A stretch of 64,000 nt of DNA from NCBI RefSeq assembly GCF_963921235.1, contig NC_086097.1, forward strand, positions 190,962,001-191,026,000. Reading direction: 5' to 3'. Below the pieces are notes generated by a model. It worked only from the letters and a program-made list of their open reading frames with translations, was not told the DNA's origin and ran no database searches. Of the stretch, positions 23,961 to 35,646 are shown in pieces; the first letter of the stretch is position 1; each line of letters starts with the position of its first letter. This stretch comes from Mobula hypostoma (taxonomy: Eukaryota). The position numbers and the translations under genes are program-made.

Positions 23961-25778
23961 CATAGAATTATAGAACATTGAAAAGTACAGCACAATGTTG
24001 TGCCAACTCCTCAAACCCTGCCTCCCATACAAGCCCCCACCTTAAATTCCTCCATATACTTGTCCAATAGTCTTTTAAACTTCACTAGTGTATCTGCCTC
24101 CACCACTGACTCAGGCAGTACATTCCACGCACCAACCACTGAGTAAAAAAACCTTCCTCTAATATCCCCCTTGAATTTCCTACCCCTTACCTTAAAGCCA
24201 TGTCCTCTTGTATTGAGCAGTGGTGCCCTGGGGAAGAGGCACTGGCTATTCACTCTATCTATTCCTCTTATCATCTTGTACACCTCTATCATGTCTCCTC
24301 TCATCCTTCTCCTCTCCAAAGAGTAAAGCCCTAGCTCCCTTAATCTCTGATCATAATACATACTCTCTAAACCAGGCAACATCCTGGTAAATCTCCTCTG
24401 TACCCTTTCCAATGCTTCCACATCCTTCCTATAGTGAGGCGACCAGAACTGGACACAGTACTCCAAGTGTGGCCTAACCAGGGTTTTATAGAGCTGCATC
24501 ATTACCCCATAACTCTTAAACTCTATCCCTCGACTTATGAAAGCTAACACCCTAACTTATCTATCGAACTGTGAGGCAACTTTCAGGGATCTGTAGACAT
24601 GTACCCCCAGATCCCTCTGCTCCTCCACACTACCAAGTATCCTGCCATTTACTTTGTACTCTGCCTTGGAGTTTGTCCTTCCAAAGTGTACCACCTCACA
24701 CTTCTCTGGGTTGAACTCCATCTGCCACTTCTCAGCCCACTTCTGCATCCTATCAATGTCTCTCTGCAATCTTCGACAATCCTCTACACTATCTACAACA
24801 CCACCAATCTCTGTGTCATCTGCAAACTTGCCAACCCACCCTTCTACCTCCACATCCAGGTCGTTAATAAAAATCACGAAAAGTAGAGGTCCCAGAACAG
24901 ATCTTTGTGGGACACCACTAGTCACAACCCTCCAATCTGAATGTACTCTCTCCACCATGACCCTCTGCCTTCTGCAGGCAAGCCAATTCTGAATCCACCT
25001 GGCCAAACTTCGCTGGATCCCATGCCTTCTGACTTTCTGAATAAGCCTACCGTGTGGAACCTTGTCAAATGCCTTACTAAAATCCATGTAGATCACATCC
25101 ACTGCACTACCCTCATCTATATGCCTGGTCACCTCCTCAAAGAACTCCAGCAGGCTTGTTAGACATGATCTGCCCTTCTCAAAGCTATGCTGACTGTCCC
25201 TGATCAGACCATGATTCTCTAAATGCCCAGAGATCCTATCTCTAAGAATCTTTTCCAACAGCTTTCCCACCACAGGTGTAAGGTTCACTGGTCTATAATT
25301 AGCCGGACTATCCCTACTATCTTTTTTTGAACAAAGGGACAACATTCGCCTCCTTCCAATCCTCCGGTACCATTCCCGTGGACAACGAGGACATAAAGAT
25401 CCTGGCCAGTGGCTCAGCAATCTCTTCCCTAACCTTGTGGAGAAGCCTGGGGAATATTCCGTCAGGCCCCAGGAACTTAGCCACCACAATGTATTTTAAC
25501 AACTCCAACACCTCCTCTCCCTTAATATCAACATGCTCCAGAACATCAACCTCACTCATATTGTCCTCACCATCATCAAGTTCCCTCTCATTGGTGAATA
25601 CCAAAGAGAAGTATTCATTGAGGACCTCACTCACTTCCACAGCCTCCAGGCACATCTTCCCACCTTTATCTCTAATCAGTCCTACCTTCACTCCTGTTAT
25701 CCTTTTTTTCTTCACATAATTGAAGAATGCCTTGGGGTTTTCCTTTACCCAACTCGCCAAGGCCTTCTCATGCCCCCT
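23961..25778 (-). mobile_element. CR1-clade LINE (different subfamily), 5'-truncated
   Basis: ORFs 25317-25808, 24557-25489 (ANYRPVNLT..YMDFSKAFDKVPH..KFADDT) and 24011-24550. tgta is duplicated at 23957-23960 and 25779-25782. Confidence 0.93.
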
Positions 25779-26805
25779 TGTAGTCCAAAGGAATGCAAAG
25801 CAGTACATTTGGCATCAGCTTGTCTGCAGGAGCTGCCGGGAGGTGATGTGATACCTCCACTCCGGATTTGTGTAGGGTTTACTCGTTAGCCTTCTCTCCC
25901 AAAAATACCCACAAGGCAGTGGGATCCATAACCCCGGATAGGGGCCCATACCTCTGAGGCAGCTGAGCCTGGGACTTGTGTAAGGCAGGGTCGTCACACC
26001 CTGTAGTTGTGACATATGGAGCCACTACCCACTACCTCTATAGGAAATAAAGTCAACTCAATTCAATCAATCAATTCAGATGAATGGGACTTCATCTCTC
26101 AGAGGGAATATGTTTCTACCCTGAGAACTATGGAGACAAAGTCATTGAATATATTATGGAAAGGGATTGACAGACATTTAAATTACAAAGGATCCAAGAG
26201 GTATGTGAGGAGAGCGGAAAAGAACAGAGGCCAGGATGATTTTATTGAATAATGGAGCATGTTCAAAATGCTGCTTATCCTGCTCTTGCTCTGTTTTCAG
26301 CGATGCTTTTATATTATCTTTTATTTAATGCTGACCTAAGGAATTAGGTAACCTTTGCATGCCAGGTTGATGTGGTCACTCAATTGATCTGTGAATTGCC
26401 TTTCTGGTCTGATAGAATTGGGAGGAAAAGCAATCTAACTGATGATGGTCATTATTTGATATTAATACAGGGTACAATTGTAATGATACCATGCACCAGT
26501 GACAATATCTCCAAACAACTATCTTGCAATTTGTTTCAGTGTAAATCAGATATTGTGCTTTGAAGAGATAGAATTCTACTTCTTTCAGATGTTAATATGT
26601 AGAGACGGTTTTGTGCTGATGTATTCCTTTAGATTGCTGCTTTCTTTGCCTATGTACCAATACAAAAATTATCATATCTATTTACTTCATAAGCAGTGCA
26701 GCAGCTGTGCAACTGATTTTCTTTGTGTTCCATTTAAAACAAGGTAGATATAGATGTTGTTTATTATGTTTACAAAGGTATATAAATGCATGATATTGAT
26801 CTATT

Positions 26806-27155
26806 GAGTGGTGGGGTGGAGATACATCTCTGCCAAAGGAGGTGTAAGGCACTCCTTCCATCTGCTAGCCTGCAGGTCACCCTTGTGCAAGGTGTAGCAC
26901 CTGCTTAGCAACAGCCCCCCCCCACTGGACCAGGGTCACAAGAAGCCATGAGAGCAGCTGGTGCACATCACAAATCCTGGTTATGTGACCACCGACAACA
27001 GGCAGACAATCTCTGAAGAGTATTGATAATGGCTGGGGTCACCCATCTTGTAAAGACACTGCCCCGAAGGAGGCAGTGGCAAAATACTTCTGTAGAAAAG
27101 TTTGCCAGGAAGAATCATGGTCAAGAGCATGATCATCCACATCACATGATGATGA
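26806..27155 (+). mobile_element. SINE-like element with an RTE/BovA-like 3' end
   Basis: The 3' part gaaggaggcagtggcaaaatacttctgtagaaaagtttgccaggaagaatcatgg resembles the RTE/BovA tail motif and ends in (TGA)n. Confidence 0.55.
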
Positions 27156-28134
27156 TAGTTTTAATAATGATGGTGATGGTTTTTATTGGGGACAAGGGAT
27201 ATAGCATTGATATTCATGACCTACAATCAGCATAGTTTAATAGACTTTAACAGGTGAGAAATCACAAAAATGTTGAGTAAAAGGTTTTTGTGGCAACATA
27301 AAGCCTTCACAGAATCCCAATCCCAACATGCATCAAAAACAACCACTTCTAATTAATGTTCAATGTTCTTTCCTCAGGATCTGTGACCAAAAATTATCAT
27401 AGTTAAAAAAAAACACTTGAAAATGGCCTGTGTTTTAATATCATTATGGATTTTTCTCTAATCTTGTGTTTTGAGAATGAACTTCTCATTTTGCAATCAA
27501 ATGATGGCACGATTTATTGAATATACTTAACCGCCCAGCGTGTTTAAATCAGAATTTCCTTTTATTCAATATTGTTGCTGTTTACATTGAATAATTCCAG
27601 GGCCATACTGTTCCATGTACAAGTTTTAACTGTGCAGAAATCAAAAATCATTGAGCAGATTTGTGAGTCTGTCTTCTGCATCAGAATCCGACACCATTCC
27701 AGCCAGATGATCTTTCCTATTAACACTAGGTCAGAAGTGGAACACACAGAAAAAGAAATCAGCAAATCCCACTGCAAAACCAAATGTGGTAACTGCAACA
27801 GTGAAATAAAATACATATGAAATATTTAGTTAATAACAGGTAAAGATAAAAGACAAATTCAATGGTCACTTCTGCATCCTGCTGCAGCTCAAGTAAAAAT
27901 TCCATCAAAATAATATGAACAAACAGGAGCTAAGCAGAGCAAGGCATATAGTTATTTACATTGTAGCACAGAAATTATTTCCTATTAAGTTTAGGTTATG
28001 AATTCCAGCTGAAAATGGTCAAAAACATGGTAGTGAGCAATATAAAATTTCAGAATATTATTTTGATTACTGTTTCATCTTAAAGTCTAGTAATATGTAT
28101 AGTAAAACAATTCAACCTAATACAGGAGAAGATA

Positions 28135-28262
28135 AGGCCCACTTCAGACACTGGAATCCTAAAAGCTAGGCTGACATTTTGTGTAGTATAGAGTATTGCA
28201 CTGCAGATGATGGTATTTTGGCCAAATCACTTAATTACCGCAATGCCTTTGCTGTGAAGTAG
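28135..28262 (+). mobile_element. Degraded Deu-domain SINE (SacSINE1/AmnSINE-like)
   Basis: cccacttcagacactgg...ctaggctgacattttgtgtagtatagagtattgcactg resembles the recalled Deu core (ctaggctgacactccagtgcagtactgagggagtgctgcactg). Confidence 0.45.
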
Positions 28263-29399
28263 GCTGCTCCTTTTGTTCAACTTGAGTTAAGTACCTTATT
28301 TCTACCTAACCCTCTGGAAGTGGATTTTTCCACTGAACAATGGGAACTTTCTCAGGCCTAAAACAAGCTTTGTGAAAGCCTGTTGAGTGTCTGTGGATGG
28401 TAAAAGCCAGACATGCATGGCTAAAATACCAGCTGTATCCAGATGTACATTACACACCAACTTTGTGCTGTTAAATGCACCCAGAATCCACTGCTTTCGC
28501 ACACAGATATATCAGATGCATCGTTGGAACAGAGGCTTTGTGAAATTACTTTTCAAAGAAACCCAATTGCTTTGCACAAAAGCATATGAGTCAATTTCCA
28601 GGCACCATTTATCTTGAAGCTCTGTTGAAATGGTCATTCATTTATGTTATAGGATAATCTAACATTCTGTGGCAGTTTGCTCCTGGAAAAAACAGCCATT
28701 GCTGCCATTAGTTTGCTTTCACCTCATGATTTATGTGCAAACACTGTTTTGCCCTTGCAGTGAAAGGTCATTCTTTGCAGTTTGCTTGATATTGTCTGGA
28801 GTAATTGCCTTGGGTGTAAAATGTTTAGCTGTAAAATGTATAATTCTTTTTAGCTCTCTGATTAATGAATTGTGACAGCATCCAGGCCTATGCTATGCCA
28901 TGTAGTTAGCTGGATTATCAGATCCAAGGTGACAGTTAACAAGGAGACGACTGAATTTTCAGCATATATGCTGGATCCAGGAAGGTTTAAGCCTTGGGTT
29001 GGAAAATAGACTTATGACACAAACATAATGAAAGTGAAATTAGTTCAGCCATCAGTATTGTGGGCACTAGGAAGACCCTTGGTTTTCCAAAATGGCATCT
29101 GCAATGGAAACATATAAGACTTGACGTGAAATGTGCCAGACAATAGTCTTAGTAGGCAGATCATGACACAAGTATCATGTAACACCAGTTTTGATGCCAG
29201 GATTCCTATTTTGGAACTGCACATCCTACCAATGATTTGTCTTGGTTTTGCACATCTAAATATCGGCATGACAGTGTTTTAAGTTTTCTGCACTCAACAA
29301 GTTTCAAATCTCCAGTGGATGTTGGTGAATCAAATGAAGTACAACTTATTAACTTCAAGTCCTCTTATTTCAGAACATAGGTGGCATGCTTTTTCACTC

Positions 29400-30380
29400 T
29401 TTTCCTTTTGTGTGAGCCAAGCAGTCTTTGGTCTCCCATATCTCCTCCACCCTTCAGGGGTCCAGTAAAGTGCTGTATTGATGGACTTGAACTTTCTTCT
29501 CATCATGTGCCCAATTCATCTCCAATGGTTCCACAAGATGATTGCGGCCATGTCCTCTTGATAACACTGAAGGAGTACGGTGTGGTTGGAGATCTTCGAG
29601 GTTCATTGTGTACAATGACAACATCTCCTGTGTGGTTGGACATATTTCTTGACCAGAAGATGCGGAGGATGTTCCAAAGGCTTATGGTATGAAACGACGA
29701 CAACTCAGTCATGTCGTTTTCCGTCATGCACCAATATTTTGACCTGTACAAGAGTGTGGACAGAACACAGCTCTGGTACAGCTTCACTTTGGTATGGACG
29801 CTATATTTGGTTGCAAAATGACAGCTATACCATCATGATGCTGACCACCTTCTCTTCCTGAGTATAAAACTGTTTCATTAGTTCCTGCCTTTAGTCTGCC
29901 AGATCCTGTCCATCTGCTTTCACTGATGCCCAGTATATGTAGGCTTTAACAGTGCATTTTTAGAGTTAATTGTGCTAGCTTGCCAGTGTTGTGCATGCTC
30001 ATACATTCTAGAAACCAGTTTTGGTCTTGGTCTTGGTGGTCAGGGCTTCCTTCATCATGCCAGTAGCTTCCTCTCGGTTTTCACTACTGTCAGGTATTGC
30101 AGGTCCTTGGTGGATACTCAGGAAGGTCATTGCACATAAGTGTAGAAGGATTGTTCTTTGCTGTTTCATAACAGTTGGACCAGTCAGGGTTGTTAATCCT
30201 GAGCTGAATCCCTGAACCTGGAAAACCAGTGAACCACAGTGTAGAGTTGACCCTTTGTCCTGCTTGACATGGGTGACCCTACCAGAGATCCAGAGCATAA
30301 TACCCTGACTTTAGCCAGCATAGCTTTCAGGATCACTGAGGTATGCAAGCCTCCAAACCTCAGCAAGGTGCGGTCCTCTT
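29400..30380 (-). mobile_element. Internally deleted RTE-clade LINE derivative (5' leader joined to RT C-terminus)
   Basis: ORF 29503-29787 reads KLYQSCVLSTLLY..WCMTENDMTELSSFHT..ILRIFW. 30180-30370 carries an RTE-type 5' leader (catgggtgaccctaccag..ccagcatagct..gcaagcctccaaac). Confidence 0.7.
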
Positions 30381-31864
30381 CAAGGTTTGCACTGGGTGAT
30401 CTGGTTCAATTGCTTCCCACCACCAGCCCTCTCCCCTCCACCTCCTGCCCCCTCACAAACCCACTGCCAATCCTTACAATATCAGAAAACCTGCAATATT
30501 AAAATGGCATGTGTGTCCCACATACAATATTCTACTAAGGTAATGAAGTTCCCTCTTCCACAGAACTACTGTTCCTTCCTTATTAGGTTGTGTATTGTGG
30601 ACAGGATTAACAACTGTTTGCCAATGCATAACTGGTGACACAATATGCAGAGGATTACTCCAGGAAAAAGTAATGGATGGAGAACAGTTAATACAGTTGT
30701 TAAAACTACAGAACAAAAAGCAATGGGGAGAATTAAATATGGAAGGTATTTTGACCAAAGCAAGTAGGTATGAGTAACTAAAGAGATGTGAAATGAGTAA
30801 AGGCAAAGGAGAACTCGTATACAAGTGCAAAGAACAGTGCAGATTCACGTGACATTAACAGATATAAAAACAAGTATAAAAAAAGCTGTGTATGCAAGGA
30901 TTCATTAACATTTCAAGTTTCCTGATGATGCAAATGGCAACTGGGACAAAATGTTGCAGTTTCAGCTATGTTCTTTTGGCTGAATTTTGAAGGAAGTGTT
31001 TTTTACTGGTCTCTGTAGCCAGTTTGTCACAATGCACTGTTCAAAGAGAACGATGAGTCATCATCTTTGTCACGGCTTGCACTTCCTTCAACATATTGGT
31101 TGAAAGAAAAGTAGGAACAGGCACTCTGTGGCCCTACGGATTTATCCAATAGCCCCATTACCAGAGAAGGAAAACAAATCAACCAGAGAATAATTAATCA
31201 TTATCTCTTTTGTAGTAACTTATTTGCATATTGCTGGTGCAGGCCAATTTATAGTTAATGCATCAAATAAGCAATGTTAAACAATCCCTAGTTGAGAACA
31301 GCAGGAATAAATTAAAATACATTTTAACTTAGATATTGTACAGTATTCAAAATTCACTAGTTATCTCAGTCCCTAATCTTGAAAATTACCACATTGCTCT
31401 GACCTCTCACACCCCTATGTTCTCATGGTTCATATTATCAGCTTATGCTTTTAAAATCAAAAATACTTCTTATTACAGCTGTGTTTCATAGTAAAATAAA
31501 AAACATTTATAAAATTCATAACACAAGCACAATTAATTCAAATTTAATACATTGTCATGTATCAAATTGTATGAACTGTGACATCTTGAAACAGGAAAGA
31601 AATCAACTAAAGGCACACAACGGAATAATAATGCGGGCAATGCAATTAATTTTGGCACAGTTCATTAAATTTTAATACAAATTCAGCACAATAAATTCTA
31701 GAGAAAGACAGTACTTGAAATTAAGCTACAAATACAACTTATAATACATTATATGGTCCATTAAATGATCATATATTTTAGATTTTCACTCCAGTCCCAG
31801 GATCACATGTGTTGTCACCTTTCATAGCCCTTGTTGCAGCTCCTCTGCAAGCCATCTGTGATTC

Positions 31865-32045
31865 ATTGCAACAAACTGCTGGAGGAACTCAATGGATCAA
31901 ACAGTATCTTTGGGGAAAAGGAAGTGTAGATGCTCTGAGTTAATATGCTGCATTAGGACTAAGAGTGGAGAGGAGTGATAATTGGTATAAAGAGGAGACA
32001 CAAAGAGGTGAGACAAGGGCCACAAGTAATTGGTGGACCAAGAGG
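31865..32045 (-). mobile_element. Degraded Penelope-like terminal repeat
   Basis: ctgctggaggaactcaatggatcaaacagtatc...taggact is related to 42165-42590 and 58455-58520. Confidence 0.5.
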
Positions 32046-32389
32046 ATTTCCTGTAATTTAACTTCATGTTAACACTTCATATCACCCTGGATGTTGATTA
32101 ACTAACTGAAATTGTCTAACAGACTGTTGTTCCATATTCCAACAGCTGAGGTCTTTTGTCTCCATGTAATTCATTGCATTTCATTTCTAGTTTCTTCTCA
32201 ATCCAAAGCTTTGAGCTTTCTTAGCAATCAATCCTATTTCCCTAGCTCCGGAAATATTTCATTTCCTCACTTTGTATGCATCCTAACTTTAACATACTGC
32301 CACCACCTTCTTTTGGCGTACATTTCATTTACAACTTTGGTAATAAAAATGCATTTAAGTCAGTTAATAACTAATGCACAAAGTCATTG

Positions 32390-32660
32390 AAATCTATGGC
32401 ACAGAAGCCGCCATCTGGCTCATGTTGTCTGTGCTGAACTATTTAAACTACCTACTCCCATCGACCTACACCCAGACCACAGCCCTCCATAACCTTCCTA
32501 TCCATCTGTCAATCAAACCTTCTCTTAATCGTTGAAATCAAAATCGCATCTACCATTTGCACTGGCTGCTTGTTCCACATTCTCCCACCCTTCGACTGAA
32601 GAAATTTCCCATCGTGTTCCCCTTAGACATTTCACCTTTCACCCTTAACCCATGACCTCA
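32390..32660 (-). mobile_element. CR1 3' fragment
   Basis: gcacagaagc..ggctcat..ttccacattctcccaccc..gaagaaatttcccc..cacccttaacccatgacctc is the reverse complement of a CR1 3' end. Confidence 0.75.
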
Positions 32661-34269
32661 TGATAGATATATGCAAAATCATTGGAAAGTAAACAGAAAT
32701 GGCAAAATTAAAGAAATAAAAAACAAAAAATGAGAAACAGTTAAACAGACAGATATAGTTATTCCAAAAGACAGACAAAAATTCAGAAGTTATTTTGCTC
32801 TCTCTCTAAGTGAATGTGTTCTCTTGACAACCATTTAAATATATGGCACTTCTATAAATGACACAATTTCAAGGAATTTTTCATTGTTCATAAAGCATTC
32901 AATGTATCAGAAGCAGTAATTGCAGAGGGGTAGTTCTGCTACTTGCTATGTGGAAAGTAATTTCCAGGATTCTCAAATCTCACCTCCTCTCAGCAGTCAG
33001 TGCTCCACCCTGAGGAAGAATGGATAGTGTCTTCACCGCAAATCATTTCCAAGGGAATTACAGAGAGCAGTATCTATCGGTATATGGGCATTTTGTGACC
33101 CTACAAAAAGCCTTCAACTCCAGAGTCAGAGAGACTCTGGTGCATTCTTCTAAAATTTTGCTGCTCACAGGGATCACACCTCCATTTACATTCTGACGAC
33201 AGAGTGCGTTCTGGTCTCTACCAATGGTTCCATTAGAATCTCAGTGAAGGCTCATGTCAAGCAAGGGTGCATTATTTCAATATTAACTACTTTCCCCACT
33301 GTAATGTTACACCTCGCCAGTGGGATGGAGCAGGTCTGCAGAACAACAGGAAATTGTTCAACCTGCCAAACATCCACTCCAGAAGCTTGATCACTCCAAT
33401 GTCAGTCACTGAGCTGCAGTTGGCATTCATGGGTAACTCATTTACTAATGAGTACGGGAGAACAGTCCTTACACCAAACATCATGAAAGAAAAGTCATCT
33501 GTCATAGCTCCAAAGGATAACGTAGCTACCCACCATGATCCAATGAAATTGAGCAATTTACCACATCTCAGAAACCAATTCTTAATGAAGACAGACCTCA
33601 GACTTAATTCAACATTGTCTTGACTACATCAGCAATTTTTCTGAGGGAAAGGGGAAAAAAACATTTTTAATAAGCAATACCTCTGAACTAGCACAAAGCT
33701 CCTGGTTTAGTGAGCAGCTGTGATTCCTATCATTCAGTACACTTTAGGGCACAACTACATTAGGTACCTCAGAAAACATTGAAACACTGTCCCAATGCTG
33801 GAAAATCTGTGATGTCACTGGTACTGTGAACAAATCAGTTCCATTGCCCCTTTTCAAGCCAAGATCCTTGGCATAATGGAAGCACAGAGAAGCCTAGGTT
33901 AAATGGCAGAATGGAGAAAGGATCTTCCAAACTACTGATTTCTCTCACAAACAACTCCTGTCCTATCTATACTAGAGTCTGCAGAACCAACCTTGGCATC
34001 GGTGGTCTCTTCAGAACCTACAGGCCTAGAGTTGAAGCAAGTCAGTCTTGACCCCAGGGAAATTCCTAAAAAGGAGAAGATCATCTTAATTTTCTCTCAT
34101 TCTGATATGATTCAGGATAGGACCATAGATGGGAATCAAGTCAGAGAAATTAGAAGACTTGTTGTATATGGGTAACAATAGAGGTAATATTAGAGATAAC
34201 ATTGTCACCCCTCATCTAGATCCATAAGCACATGTGCCAAAGTTTCCTCCACCTTACTATACCAGCTAT

Positions 34270-34400
34270 CTCCCTCTTTCGTTGCAGTCCAGAAGGGTCT
34301 CAACTCAAAATATTGATTGTCAATTTCTATTGATAGATGCAGCCTAATCCATCGAGTTCCGCCAGTACCTGTGTGTTATTTTAAATCTCTAGCTTCCATG
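34270..34400 (+). mobile_element. Degraded Penelope-like terminal repeat
   Basis: cagtccagaagggtctcaactcaaaatattgattg..gatgcagcctaatccatcgagttccgccag. Confidence 0.5.
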
Positions 34401-35646
34401 GTTTCTTGTGTACAATGGTAAGCCTCCTTCTATATTCTCCTAACATCCTAATGTACTTTTTTTTAAAATTAGCGATTACTAAACAAAGACAACATCAGAT
34501 AAGGTGGTTGATTTGCACCTGACAAACCAAAAAAAATCTTAAGCTATTTTGAAAGTGACTGGAAAGAATAAGGCCAAAAAATGCAGCTTGCGGTAAGTTA
34601 AACAAAAATCAAAAATCTAAAAATAGTAGCAAATATAAAAAATATACAAAAGACATTGAAATACTCATTAGAACAATAACTAGCTTTAGGAGGGGGAAAG
34701 GAAATAAAATCTTGTCCCAATTTGAATATCTAGAAAATGTTCCCTATTTTAAGCTATGAAGCTGTATGAATATCATTGCTGAGTTTGAGAGTCCACAAAG
34801 AATATTTTTTTTTAGATTTCAAGACAAGCCTGCCTGGCCTCTAATTCCAGATTTACTTAATTAGCTGAATACAAATTCTTCATTTGTCATGCTAGGATTC
34901 AGAAGTATGTCCTCAATCTGTTAGCCCAGGCTTCTAGATATTAGCTGAGTACACTAAATTACTAGTTCAAGCCTCTAGATACTAATCTAGTAATTTAAAT
35001 AATCAATTCTAGTCTCTCAATTCCTGTCCAGTAAATTAACCACTATTTCCAACTGAACATATACTCATCTTCAGTATGGTATGTTGATAATACTGCCCAA
35101 AGATATGCAATAGAGTGAAATTAAAAGTCAATAGGCTGTAGTATACCACAATTCTGAGTTCAAACGAGCCAAGTAGTTAAATTAATTGAAATTTGTTGGA
35201 CTGAAACTTTGGTTCCTAGTTTCTATAGGTTTATAGGCAATGTTACAAAAGCCAATTTGACAGACGCTGAAAATTTGAAATCTAAGTAAAAAAACTGTAG
35301 AAGTTCTCAATGGTCCATGAAGCCTCTGGAGAAGGAATCAGAAAAACAAAAAGGATCCCATTGCACTTTCTATCCCACTCTAACTTTACACTGCTATCAC
35401 TTCTGTCATTTCATCTCCTCTGCTTCATACTGTCTCAATTATTTTCCTTTATTCTCCATTCTCTGATTAATAAAACCTTTGGCAGTTCTAATGATAAGCT
35501 ATTGAAAAAAATGATAACTCTGTTCCCTCTCAAGCTGCTGCCTGAAATGCTGAATATTTGCAGCAGATTTTCAGGATCATTTTATCATCAGAAAGAATGG
35601 TTTATCAGAATTCTGGAGAATGGAGAAATGGCAATATTGATGTTTG

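Larger units (their letters stand above)
23167..26038 (-). mobile_element. Short non-autonomous retroposon (pieces 23167-23240, ~23891-23960, 25779-26038) hosting two CR1 insertions
   Basis: Flanked by a 12-bp TSD tataggaaataa (23155-23166 / 26039-26050) and ends in a (TTA)n tail. The rejoined pieces are collinear with 39425-39700. Confidence 0.8.

Noticed and set aside
25860..25960. HDV-like ribozyme in the head of the short retroposon (ggctaa J4/2-like word on the minus strand)
   Set aside because: I could not find the matching P2 5' strand or a P1/P3 arrangement.
33267..33623. 118-aa ORF (and antisense 89-aa ORF) as a host exon
   Set aside because: No recognisable domain or convincing splice sites.
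34280..34320. Hammerhead ribozyme in Penelope-like repeats (also ~31940-31960, ~42220-42236, ~57555)
   Set aside because: The CTGATGA...GAAA core is mutated, deleted or interrupted in every copy here, so no intact hammerhead can be drawn.
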